This document shows, piece after piece, positions 14,724 to 25,962 of a DNA stretch of 64,000 nt. The notes below the pieces were generated by a model. That model was not told where the DNA came from. It saw nothing but the letters and a program-made list of their open reading frames with translations, and did no database searches. A program made the translations under genes and the position numbers. Each line of letters starts with the position of its first letter. Within the stretch, counting starts at the first letter, position 1. This stretch comes from Blepharisma stoltei ATCC 30299. Lineage: Eukaryota; Protista; Ciliophora. The stretch lies in NCBI GenBank assembly GCA_965603825.1, contig CBFDEM010000010.1, positions 248,001 to 312,000 of the forward strand, in the 5' to 3' direction.

Positions 14724-15383
14724 TTAGGTAGACTTTGGAGATGTGAAAAATGGCCCTACTCCACCTAATTTGATGCAATTTACATTGTGCTCTGTAAACT
14801 CTCCTGATTTTTTATAAAATGCTCTTGGATTAGCTTTAAGAGTGTCTTGGTATGCAGTATCAAGCCGTTTATTATTAAGCTTGCAAAGGTCTATGTACTC
14901 ACAAAATACTCCTTGTCTATGAGAATTAGCAGTTGGAGTCCGAGCTGGAACTGAGGCAAGTGTAATAGGATTATAATCGCTATATTGATAATTTATCATT
15001 GATGTCTTTTTTATAGCTGGATCCCATCCTTCCATGGATTCCTTATTCGGATAAAAAGGCCTTTGGGTTGGTAAAGAAATTTTACTGTCGCTTCTTGTTG
15101 TATTTGAAGCTAAGCTTGAATATGAGCTTGTTCTTGCGATATTTGCATTATAAATTCCTGAATTAGTGTAATATTTTCCTACTTTTCATGATTTATTATC
15201 ATTAGGGCCTTTTGAGAACTGAAAGATTCTTCGTTGAGAACGAGAAGAAATACTGAATTTTTGGTTGTGCAGGGAGTTAATGCGTTCAAGGTTTGGAAGA
15301 GAATTTGAATTTTTTATTTGGTCTTGGTTTTTTTTTAAATTTATCGGACTTGCTATATGAGCTTGAATAGATTTTGAGGACAT
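14724..15383 (-). CDS. Hypothetical protein
   Basis: Two ORFs in the same frame joined by TGA at 15186. TAA stop. Confidence 0.7.
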
Positions 15384-15544
15384 TTTAATTTATAATGTAG
15401 GACAAATTAATTTTTAAAAAATAAGCTTTTTCATGATTTCTAATCTTATCCTCTAATATTATGAGAATGGTATCTTTAGTCTAAATATCTAGGCTTCAAA
15501 GAAGTCCACATTTAAAATAGCAAAATTAATTATTTTATTTTTCA

Positions 15545-17119
15545 TTAAAATGAATATGTGCTAATTCTTTCACTCTCACCTTGCACTCCCTCATCTTCAC
15601 CATATCCAAAGTATTTAGAAAGTATTTCTACGATTTCATTATAAAGTCCTTGATCTTGTACTTGTATTTCGTCTTTTAAATCTTCCAGCCCTTCTAAGCA
15701 GCCTGAATCTTTGAATAAGTCTATCACATCAAAATCAAATGGTATTTTATTCTGCAGGCCATACTCATATGCATCTAAAACTCCTTTGCAAATAAAGACC
15801 AAGTTTTTAGCAAACGCAAGCTCACTATACTGAAGTGCTTGTGAGACATATTTTAGTAGCCCAGAGCCAACAAGTTTCAAAATAGAATCGCAAGATCCAC
15901 CATGGATCGCATTGCTAAACACATAGGAAGCTTCCAATTTTACCTCTCTCGAAGAATCACTAAGCTTTTTCATTGCATTTATCATGACTATATGATCAAC
16001 TGCCTGTGCAATCTGAGTTTTTGTGCCAGCTGTAACATTGCTTAATGCAAATAAACTTTCTTTTCGGATTTTTTTGCTGATAGAACTTACAGTAGAAGCA
16101 AGATAGTCTAAAATTCTCATATTTATGAGGGCTTGTGTTTCCTGTCTTCCTTCACTCAAAATATTTCCAAATATTTTTATAGCTGGATATTGAATATTTA
16201 TTTCAAGTGCATGCATTAATGGTAGAATTTCACTTAAAATTCCTGAATTTATTATTGTGTTAGCATGCTCTTTCCCGAGATTTGACAAATACGAAAGAAT
16301 GAACAAGCAGTTTGATGCAATATTTGAGTGCTTACTTCTTAAAAATTTTTTAATAGTTCGCACAACTGATTCCAATAATTCAATTGAAGGTGCAAAAGAC
16401 CTAAAAATATTGCTTAAACAAAATCATGACACATCATATATATTTAAAGGTAAGTCTTGTATTTCTACTAAATCTAATATAGTTTCAATATAATGATAAG
16501 ATGCAATAGCTTTCCTTATTTCTTCTGACTCTCCAGCTAGATTTGCTATGCATCATATTATGTGCTCAGAAATTTCAAGATTTTTTATATCAATAAGCGG
16601 AAATGCGGCTTCTAAGATTCCTTGATCTACTAAAAATAAGCAGCATGAATTATTTCCAGCTGCTAAATTGCATAAGCATCAAGCAGATTCTGAAATAATA
16701 TCGCATGGATTATTCTGGTTTAAAAAAGAAATCAAATACGAAACAAAGCCAAGCTCAAATATATCTTGAATCGGTGGATTTTTATCACTTGATGCTAAAT
16801 ATTTCCTTAGTTCAATTAATGCAAATTTCACGATTTCGTAGGAATTTTGTGTATTAAAAATTTGTATTAAACATTCCAGCTTTGCCCTCCTATCAACTGC
16901 TGGGTTGCTTAACTGTGGAAATATTGATAAAAGAACAAAAGGAACTTCACTTGTCTCAGTTTCAGTGCAAATTGCTCTTCTTTTTAGGACAGTCTCGAGT
17001 CTTTTTGATTTCCTGAGCTCGACTGAAAAGCTTTCTCTAGATTTTGCGAATTCTTCTGGATCTATAGATTTTTGGAACTCTTTATTTCTATCCAGTAATC
17101 TTTCGCTTGTTTTCTGCAT
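15545..17119 (-). CDS. Divergent importin-alpha-like protein
   Basis: IBB-like VELRKSKR..LKRR. ARM repeats ESA-W-CLCNLAAG and II-W-CIANLAGES, with Trp encoded by TGA (16679, 16553, 16424). Confidence 0.88.
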
Positions 17120-17229
17120 AATCCTAATTAATATAACCCGCCAATATGGATAGAAGAGTGCCGATATTTGATTTAAGATTTATAATGGTTGAGAGCAGAT
17201 AATAAATAATATTTTTATTAAACTAGCAA

Positions 17230-18066
17230 ATGGGAAACGAAAAATCAGAAAGAATTCAACTATATCGAGCTGTTCTTGCAAACTGTAAAATCATGCACCC
17301 TGATGGGTCATTACCAAATATGCCTTATTTTCTTCAGAACCCTAAAAACTTAGAGGTTTCCAAGGAATTGCATCAGATTCTATATGATTCGGACCAAAAA
17401 CACAAGCTATTTGCACAAAATGTGTCTCAATTTATATTAGAAAAGCAAAGAGAGAAATCAACTTCTCACCTGAGAAGAGCTACAATTCTTCAAATTAGAA
17501 GTGAAATAATAAGGGCTCTTGGCAAATTAAAAACACTTGAAGATAGTAGCTCCTCAGCAATCTGAAATATAAAAACTTTGAAAATTCGAAAAGATTTAGA
17601 TATCAATTTTTTATTAACATATTCAAATCAAATGTCCATTTTAAAAGAAGGAAATGTTATTGATATGCAGATTGATTTATTTGAAAAGGGGAAAATTAAT
17701 ATCTTTTCTGACGAGATGACCATTGGGAAAATCCAAATAAATTATAAAGATGTTTTTGGAAATTTGCATATCTTGAAAGCTTTGGAAAAAAACGAGCATC
17801 GACTTCTAGTAGCGCAATCTACTGAAAATTACACAATTGAAGCTGAGGTTCTGATTAAAATTTCAAATAGAGATAAAGAGAAATTGCTTAATGAAGAATT
17901 GGTGAAATGTGATGAAAAGCTTAAATTAGAAGAATTAAAATATGAAATTTATTTTGAGGATTTATTAAGGGCTTTAAAAATCGAGTATACAGACGGCAAG
18001 TTTAAATCAATTTTCCCTGAAATCCATAAAGATCTTGAGTTTTGTGAAAGCTGTATAATATATTAA
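17230..18066 (+). CDS. Hypothetical protein
   Basis: Two in-frame ORFs joined by TGA at 17563. TAA stop. Confidence 0.65.
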
Positions 18067-18094
18067 CAAAATATAAACGTTATTGTTAAATAAA

Positions 18095-19075
18095 ATGGAG
18101 TATTTTTTAAATCATCCAGTGGTCAGAGAGTACCTCGAACCATTCACAATTAAAGATTGGAAGCGAATATTGCTTGGATTAATACTGCAAGGAATTAATT
18201 CGGCTAATACCCAAAATTTAGACTCCAAAGAAGCGCAAAAGCAAAAAAATATTGCTAACAATGGATTGCTAAAAGAAGATAATAATCCAAAAGTTGATAC
18301 CAAAGTTAAAACAAATAAAGAAAACTGTCAAAGTTTATCGTTTACTGGGGCAGCAAAGGACGAAATCATTAAAGAAACACCAAGATTTAAAAATGGACCC
18401 GAAAACCCTGAGATTTTGAACACTCAAAATAAGTCAAAAGAAGTAAATCTTTCTCAAGGACACCATTCAAGCTCTTCAGAAAGAGACAGAAGCCACACAA
18501 CAAAAAAGCCCAATGTAAATGGCAGTGATTCTTGCCATTCACAAAGGCATAAAAAGAAATCCCCAGAGCATTCAGCCAGAAAAACATCCAGATCTACATC
18601 ATTACAAATACAAAATAAATCAGAGTCCAAAACCCCCACAAGTTCTCATGTGCCTCATCTAATAGAAACTAATTTTGATCGCTCTTTATCAGTATTTGAT
18701 GAGTACCTCAATATTCAAAAGCAGATTGACGCTTTAGATTTGTTTAACAAAGACCAAGACAAAACATTTAGTACTTTTACTCCTAAGTACTCTAAAGCAA
18801 ATAATTTTGATAAGAAGTCCACAAAAAAGCAAGAAGACGGCGACATAATGAATATCGCTGACTCTTTTCTTAACGGTCCTTTTATGTCAACTTTCGTCAA
18901 AAACTCGACCATGAGGCTATCCACAGACAAGGCTGGCCATAAAACTGAAACAGCGAGGATTAAGCCGGTAAAAGCAAAGGACCCCGCTGAGCCCAAGTAT
19001 CTGTCAAGTAATTATTATTATGCAAGAAGAAAATCTAACCCTGGATGCACACAGAATAGACAACCTGCAGCTTAA
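18095..19075 (+). CDS. Hypothetical low-complexity protein
   Basis: ATG at 18095, open frame to TAA at 19073-19075. Confidence 0.7.
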   Translation: MEYFLNHPVVREYLEPFTIKDWKRILLGLILQGINSANTQNLDSKEAQKQKNIANNGLLKEDNNPKVDTKVKTNKENCQSLSFTGAAKDEIIKETPRFKNGPENPEILNTQNKSKEVNLSQGHHSSSSERDRSHTTKKPNVNGSDSCHSQRHKKKSPEHSARKTSRSTSLQIQNKSESKTPTSSHVPHLIETNFDRSLSVFDEYLNIQKQIDALDLFNKDQDKTFSTFTPKYSKANNFDKKSTKKQEDGDIMNIADSFLNGPFMSTFVKNSTMRLSTDKAGHKTETARIKPVKAKDPAEPKYLSSNYYYARRKSNPGCTQNRQPAA

Positions 19076-20109
19076 ATAGTTTTATCTAAATTGTAAAGAG
19101 TATAATAGTAGATAATTGGAGCACCTAAAATCAATGAGTCTATTCTATCTAAAATACCGCCATGACCAGGAACACTTGATCCTGAGTCTTTTACCATGGC
19201 TACTCTTTTTACGAAGCTCTCCGCGGCATCACCAAGAATTCCTTGCGTTGAGCTCTATATGAATTTTACCATAAAGGTAATTAAGCAAATATCTGTGAAT
19301 GATATTTCTGGAATAATCCAGCTTCCTCCAAAGAGCATTAACGCGATCATAGACACAAAGTTTAAAATATAAGCCCCAAATACCCCTTCTCTTGTTTTTT
19401 TAGGAGAAATTGAAGGGAAAATATGATTTTTGCCAAACATTTTGCCGAAAAATAAAGCACCATTATCAGTTTGAAAAGTGCTGAAAAGCCAAACAAACAC
19501 ATATCCATTTCCCCCTCTAAATAAAACTTACGGCAAATTCAACAGTAAAACTGCATATGTCATAGGAAACGCAATGCACAAAATAAAAAACAAATCGCCA
19601 AGGATAAAATTAAAGCAGAGAGTAGAAATTCTTACAAATTTGTAAATGTCCATAAAAATTTCGCTATATACTTCTTACTCCTCTTCTGCTTTATCAATAA
19701 CTTTTTCATTTTTTTCTGCTTTCCTTTGCTTTTTCTTGAGTACTGAAATTTTGGCACAAAACCTGGAATATTTGTAAATTCTATTGAAATTTACAAGCAC
19801 CACAAACAGCAAAAAATTCCAACACAAGTATTTTTCAGCATCATTTTTATCAGATTTTGTTGCAGACAGCACAAAAGAGAATATAGCCATATAGCAAACC
19901 CAGCTAGACCCTAATTCTTTAATATAGCCTTCTTCCTCCTTCCCAGTCTGGGATGAAGTTATTCTATTGAAAATCACACTATATTCACGAAATGCAAGTA
20001 TCAATGCAAAAATCAAAATTGAGACACCAAGCTTATAAGACTCCAAGCCAGCCCATAAAAGAGCTACTCCGACAATTCCAGATAGAACACGTGTCTTTAT
20101 ATCTGACAT
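19072..20109 (-). CDS. Phosphatidate cytidylyltransferase (CDP-diacylglycerol synthase)
   Basis: Three 15-nt introns. ISPKKTREG and ESFVKR..VKDSG..PGHGGILDRIDS signatures after splicing. Confidence 0.92.
19255..19269 (-). other. 15-nt intron
   Basis: GTAAAATTCATATAG. Confidence 0.9.
19517..19531 (-). other. 15-nt intron
   Basis: GTAAGTTTTATTTAG. Confidence 0.9.
19664..19678 (-). other. 15-nt intron
   Basis: GTAAGAAGTATATAG. Confidence 0.9.
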
Positions 20110-20126
20110 GGTTATTAATAATTAAT

Positions 20127-21467
20127 CTAATCTTTATAAACTGAAAATGAATGATCTCCATACTTTTGCTTGTTCTGCTTATATTTTTGGTATGGGAAAT
20201 CAGGAGCCTCTTCGATGGTTTCGACAGGCTTATACCAGCAAATGATCATGAACACTAAAAAATCTAAGGCTGCGATTAAAACACCTAAAATCCCAGCCCA
20301 AGGCCCAAAGCCTCCAGCTCTCTTGAATCTGTTTATAAGAGGATTCTTTACTGTTGGCAAGTTATCGTAAACTTTTTCAGTTCTTTCAGCGACGTTTCTC
20401 CAGTTGTACATATTTAACACTTCTTCATGATATTCTTGTGAAGGAACTTCTCTAGCAAGTGGAATTGCTTTGCATAGTGCCTCGATTATATATTTAGGGT
20501 CTGGCTTCGCTAAATATACCATGTGTTGTGGTAGCACTTCAGTTATACCTCCCACATCTGTCGTCACAATTTTTAATCCGCAGCTTGCAGCTTCTACTAT
20601 TGCTATGCAAAAGGCTTCAGTGAGAGAAGTATTTAAAAAGATATGGCCTCGAACTAATACATTTCTCACTTGATTATGAGGGATTGGGCCTAGCAGCTCC
20701 ATCCTATTGTGCAAATGGTGTTTTTCTTTAATTTCTTCCAGTAACTGTCTTTTTGGACCTCCTCCACCAATAATAAAATAAGCTTCTGGAAACATCGCTG
20801 CGATAGCTGGAATCACATCTACCAATAAATCTGTTCCTTTTCTATAAGTCAGCCTAGACACCACCACAATATTTATCGTATTTAACGGATACCTAGCAGA
20901 TGGGTCTGGTGTAAACCTATGAGCATCTACAGCATTAGGAATCACTGAGATTTTATATGGATCAAATTTTGCTCTTAGCACTAAATTTTCTTTATTTGTG
21001 TGAGAAACACATATTGCATGATCAACATCAGAGAGAATAAACTTTAAGACTTTATTGATGTGTATGCATGCAGCATCTGAAAAACCAAATAAAGAATGGT
21101 CTGTATACACACATTTATAACCCATAGTTTTCGCGTGAATCATAGACTCTTGGCCAAGATATGAGGTTGCTTGATGTGCATGAACAATTTCGATCTTTTC
21201 TCTAATTAAAATTGTGCGGAGTAGAGGGAAAAAGCCAAATAAAGTTGGAAATGAGCATTGGTCTACAAAGGGAACTACTGGGCAATAATAAACTTTAAGT
21301 CCATTTGTTAGATATCTCACACCAGTTCGGTCTCCATACGCATGAGTAATTATGATTACTTTGTGTCCACGCTCTATTAAGCATTGAGCTAGCTGGTACT
21401 GATGCATTTCTACACCTCCTAGTCTTGGATAAAAGAAGTCACAGACAAATGCTATATTATGTGGCAT
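20127..21467 (-). CDS. PIGA: GPI-GlcNAc transferase catalytic subunit PIG-A/GPI3
   Basis: DFFYPRLGGVE, YTDHSLFGF, SRLTYRKGTDLL, SLTEAFCIAIVEAASCG motifs. Confidence 0.97.
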   Translation of the reverse strand: MPHNIAFVCDFFYPRLGGVEMHQYQLAQCLIERGHKVIIITHAYGDRTGVRYLTNGLKVYYCPVVPFVDQCSFPTLFGFFPLLRTILIREKIEIVHAHQATSYLGQESMIHAKTMGYKCVYTDHSLFGFSDAACIHINKVLKFILSDVDHAICVSHTNKENLVLRAKFDPYKISVIPNAVDAHRFTPDPSARYPLNTINIVVVSRLTYRKGTDLLVDVIPAIAAMFPEAYFIIGGGGPKRQLLEEIKEKHHLHNRMELLGPIPHNQVRNVLVRGHIFLNTSLTEAFCIAIVEAASCGLKIVTTDVGGITEVLPQHMVYLAKPDPKYIIEALCKAIPLAREVPSQEYHEEVLNMYNWRNVAERTEKVYDNLPTVKNPLINRFKRAGGFGPWAGILGVLIAALDFLVFMIICWYKPVETIEEAPDFPYQKYKQNKQKYGDHSFSVYKD

Positions 21468-21507
21468 TCAGCTCTTTAATATTGATTTATTTATTGCCTA
21501 AATTAAA

Positions 21508-23721
21508 ATGACAGCCGTGATTTCTGAATTCAATTTATTTGATTTTGAAACAAAAATCCGTGGAATTGTGTCTGAGTTATTAGCACCTACAATAAGAAAA
21601 GGAACTGAGCACGAAGAACAGATACAGAAACTTAAAAGACACGATGCGCAGCGTCAGAAAGATTTCGAAGAAATGACCTTTAATGTCGACAAATTAATAA
21701 GAAAATCTCAAGGCTATGATGAACTAGGAAGGAAAACTCACGAAATGTTTGAAAATCTCAGAGTCCAAGACGCTCATTTTGTGCATAAGTTAGAAGCGCT
21801 AGCAACTGGAGTTGAAGAAGCAAAAATTCAAATATCTGATTTTCAAAACCGAATAAAAAATCATGATGATGGGCAAAAGTCGTTTAAGCAGGACATGGAA
21901 GAGAATTTTAAGAAACTAAACAGCTATAAAAAATGAATACAAGAAGAAACTAATAAAATCGAAGCAGACATCAAAAAAATGATGGTCAACCTGAATAAGG
22001 AAACTGAAGAAATGATGGAAAAAATCGAAAAATGCGAAAATAGAATAAATGAACTAAATAATAAAGGGATTCCTGAGATCGGAGTGGATATTGGAATGAT
22101 TAAAAGAGAAATCGAAATCGTAAAAAATAATGTAACAGAAAATGCTGCAAGAATTATGGACTTAAAGAAGTCAAAGGCTGGAGTTATTGAGCTTAGAGAA
22201 TATCGTAAAGAAATCGATAGTATTATTGAAGAGAAAAGTAAATATCTGCTTATGGAGGACAAAAAAATTATTGAATATATTTCGAAGGACTTTAAAAAGG
22301 AAATCGATGTAAATTTAAACGAAAAATTATGCGAAATTTTAGATATAAAATCGGTCAAAAAATTAATTGCTTATCAAGAAAAAGTTGAAGAGCAGACAAA
22401 AAGTATAGAAATTCCTAAAGAAATCCCTGAATTGCAAGAGAGAGCTCAAATCTTGATTTCAAACCAAATATCTCAGCTTGAAACTCTCAAGCAAAAAATT
22501 GAGGAGGAAGAAGAAAAAGCAAGAATAATCAAAGAAGTCAACGTCCAGCGGCGCATAGCCTCAAGGACAGGCTCCTCAATGTCTCCATCTAGATCAAGAT
22601 CTCCTCCAAAAGTATCAAATACCAAACTAGTCTCCTATCCTACGAATTTTCAAAGTTTCTCAGTCTTGACTGATGAAAATATGACTCAATACCGTCAAAG
22701 CGTAGCATCAGAGATGAGTGACGCAAGCTTCCACGAAGACAAATCGAATGAAGAAAATAAATATCAAAAAGATACTGTCATTTCAATTTCAGCTTTAAAT
22801 GAAGACGCCGAGTCAGTCATGTACAATCAAGATGGGCAGCCACATAATGAAATCTTTGTTGATAACGCAGAGACAGATAGAGAATATGAAGAGTCTCTTG
22901 AAAATTATGTCGAGGCTGAGCTACAGATTTTGAGGGACTCGATTGAAAAATTAAGTGAAAATAAGTCCGAGCTTACAGAGTTAATAAATCTTAGTGTTTC
23001 AAAGCTGTCTGAAAGTATTTCTAACCAGCAAAAAGACTACCAAACCGGATTTTCCATGCTTCACAGTGAAATCAATCTCATGATGAAAAAGCGCACTAAA
23101 GATGCTGTGGATATCAACAATGAAATCCAAAAACTCCGCCAAGATCTATCTGGCAGAGATTCTGCGTTTTCGAAACTGGACCAAAAAATCCTTACATTAT
23201 CCATACTTCTTTCTGCATTAATTGAATTTTCTAAGGTTTTGCACCAACTTGTCTTTCAGGATGAAGAAGATCGTGAAGCCATCCATCTTTCTGGCTACTC
23301 CGATTCTTCTCAAAAACCCAAAACTCCATCAACTAAGTCCAGACAAATAGTTTCCCTTAAGCCAGAATGTGTAAGCTGCACAGGCCAGAATCCCATATTA
23401 CTCAGTGCATTTAAAATGGCGTGCCTAAATTATAGTCCTTCCAATATAAAGTACAGAAACCACAGCTATAGCAGAAAACAGTTAATCAGTATGGTAGGGA
23501 ATTTTTTAAAAGAGTCTTGAAATAGTGCAAGCGGACAAGAGCCGTTTGACAATATTGTGCTTCCACACATGTGCGAAGAAGCACCATTGCCTCCACCTTC
23601 ATCTAGGAGAACAAGAAGGTCAAGCTTACTTGACTTTAACTCATCAAGAGTCAATTTTGATTTATCAGCTGGAACACCGTTAAGCAGCCATAGAGACCTA
23701 AGAAATAGCTTTCATATGTAA
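21508..23721 (+). CDS. Coiled-coil protein with a C-terminal Cys-containing motif
   Basis: One frame through TGA at 21934 and 23518 to TAA at 23719-23721. CVSCTG..AFKMACLNY motif. Confidence 0.75.
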
Positions 23722-23763
23722 TTTTTCAATCTAAGTTTGCCTTACATCTACTTATTCTTCAAC

Positions 23764-24651
23764 CTAAGATTTATTATCTCTTGAATAGTCTTGGCTTCGA
23801 TATTCTCTGCTTCGATAATCATCTCTTCTTGGCTTTTCAGGGTTGTTTCTATATCTAGGCTGGGGTGGGCGATTTCTATTTTCATATTTTCTTGAATCTC
23901 GAGGTGATCTTGATCTTGATGAAGGTTTTGCGGGTTCTTGGCCATGCGGTTTATATCCTCTGCTTTCGTCAAAAATATTATCAGGTCTTGGCTTTTCGCC
24001 TTTTGGCCTTGTAGCTCTTGTATTTCCTTTCCCTCCACCTAGTCTTCTTGGTTTCCAGTCCTTAGTAGTTCTTCCCCTTTCGCAATCTACAAGTGCACAT
24101 CTGCCGTCAATTTTTCTGCCATCAGCATTTTTATAAGCAGTTTTAAAGTCGCTTTCATTTTCGTACTCAATAAATGCATATCCCCTTGATTTCCCTTCTC
24201 GATCTTTAACTAAACTCACTGATCTTATGGGACCGTAAACTTCAAATTCGCGTTTAAGCTTGCGTTCATTCGTCTCATAGCTGAGCCTGCACACAAAAAG
24301 GGTTTTATAAGCATTGGAATCGACAGGGTACTCGTTTGGGTTGTATTTTTTTAATTCTTCTTGCTGATTTTCTTTATGCTTTTGGATGCTGGCTTCTTTT
24401 TCGAGCTGTTTGAGATGCTGAGATGAAACTTGGACAGAGCGTTCAGGAGCGTCTCCTTCTTCAAACAAATCGACGTATTCGGCAATTCCTGTTAGTGGGC
24501 GACATTTGGGCTTTACAGGGACTTTCATAAATGGAAGAGGAGGGCGAGGATTAAATAGAGATTGAAGATGAGGAGGAAGTTCTGGCCGGGGCATGTAGCT
24601 TGTGCTTGGAGGCCGAAACGGAGCCATTGGCAATCCGCCTGGAGCAAACAT
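23764..24651 (-). CDS. SNRNP70: U1 snRNP 70 kDa protein
   Basis: LFNPRPPL N-terminus, RRM (YKTLFV..SRGYAFIEY), VDCERGRT..WKPRRLGGG, short RS tail. Confidence 0.95.
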   Translation of the reverse strand: MFAPGGLPMAPFRPPSTSYMPRPELPPHLQSLFNPRPPLPFMKVPVKPKCRPLTGIAEYVDLFEEGDAPERSVQVSSQHLKQLEKEASIQKHKENQQEELKKYNPNEYPVDSNAYKTLFVCRLSYETNERKLKREFEVYGPIRSVSLVKDREGKSRGYAFIEYENESDFKTAYKNADGRKIDGRCALVDCERGRTTKDWKPRRLGGGKGNTRATRPKGEKPRPDNIFDESRGYKPHGQEPAKPSSRSRSPRDSRKYENRNRPPQPRYRNNPEKPRRDDYRSREYRSQDYSRDNKS

Positions 24652-24714
24652 TTTTAATTATTTAATTAAATTAATACTTTAAACGTCCTCAGAGGAACCC
24701 TTAGTGTAAAATAG

Positions 24715-25962
24715 CTATCGAGTTAAATGGCTTTTATTAACTGATAATTGAAAACGAAACTTGCTAATTGGTTTTGTCTTTCCTGATGCTATTTTTTGCA
24801 GAAAATAAACTCCATCGTTTCTCTGTATAAAATCAACAGAAAGCTCAGAAAGCACCAAATTTTTGAAAAAATATTTGTTTATTTTATCATATAAATAAAG
24901 CGCAATCTCCAAAGGCTTTTCATAGCTTTGAATTTTCCCCTCGTATATATGGCAATGGTTCATATCATCTCTCGTAATGAATCGCTCTAATAATGAGTTA
25001 TTTGCGAAAGAAGGTTTCCGCTTTATACGAAAATTGTCTCGAAATAAATTAAAAGCTTTTATTTTGCCTGGGGAAATTGGTGAGAAATGGATCTGTTTTG
25101 AGCAAGTTCGAGGCCTTAATATATCTTCTAGACTTTGGGAGTTTATAAATTTTTTGATTTCATTGTGGTGGTAAATAGTTTTTTGAACTTCTTCGAAGAT
25201 TTTGATATCTTGCTCAATACTTTGGATCTCTTTTTTCTTTGTTCTTAGAGAAGGGTCTTCTCGGTTATCAGTTCTTGCAATATTAGTAAATACGTAAATT
25301 CTAGGACTAGAATTTTCTTTTAAAATCACTCTGACTCTACTTGCTCTTAACCCTTTCGGCTTAATGAACCTTTGTATTAGAGTATCTTTATATATATCAG
25401 GCCAGTTTTCTATTAATTCTTCCTGCGTGCTTTGTATAAGTTTCATGTGGTTTGAATACTTAATGATAGAGCCCGGAGTATCACAAGTATTTTCAGAGTT
25501 TTTCTGAAAAAATAAGCAAGAAGCTTCGTTTCGCAAGTTATTCATCCCATTTCTGTATGGCATGAATTCTAAAAATCCTTGCCGATTAGAGATAACGGTT
25601 GGGCAGTCAAATCCTGAATTGAAAATAATTGTATCTGGAATAGTGATGCTAAATTTCGGATATCTTTGAGATATTTTGTAAAGAAGAGAGAAGGTGTAAA
25701 TTCCAGTTGGTATTTCGCTAGATATGCCTTTAATTAGAGATGTATGTCCAATAAAGATCGGAAGCGATTTTGGAATTAAAAATGAGCCTGCTCTGCTTCT
25801 TAATGGAGTGTAAGCAGTCAATAGTCTTTTATTTGTTCTTACTATGCATGACTCAGATGCCTCAGTTGTTAAATTCTGTATAGTTCTTACCATTCTGTCA
25901 TCATCTATTTTTGTGTATCTAAAAATTCTTGACTGTTTTCTTATTTCCATATTAGCATTCAT
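24715..25962 (-). CDS. Hypothetical protein
   Basis: 415-aa ATG..TAG ORF. Confidence 0.7.
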   Translation of the reverse strand: MNANMEIRKQSRIFRYTKIDDDRMVRTIQNLTTEASESCIVRTNKRLLTAYTPLRSRAGSFLIPKSLPIFIGHTSLIKGISSEIPTGIYTFSLLYKISQRYPKFSITIPDTIIFNSGFDCPTVISNRQGFLEFMPYRNGMNNLRNEASCLFFQKNSENTCDTPGSIIKYSNHMKLIQSTQEELIENWPDIYKDTLIQRFIKPKGLRASRVRVILKENSSPRIYVFTNIARTDNREDPSLRTKKKEIQSIEQDIKIFEEVQKTIYHHNEIKKFINSQSLEDILRPRTCSKQIHFSPISPGKIKAFNLFRDNFRIKRKPSFANNSLLERFITRDDMNHCHIYEGKIQSYEKPLEIALYLYDKINKYFFKNLVLSELSVDFIQRNDGVYFLQKIASGKTKPISKFRFQLSVNKSHLTR

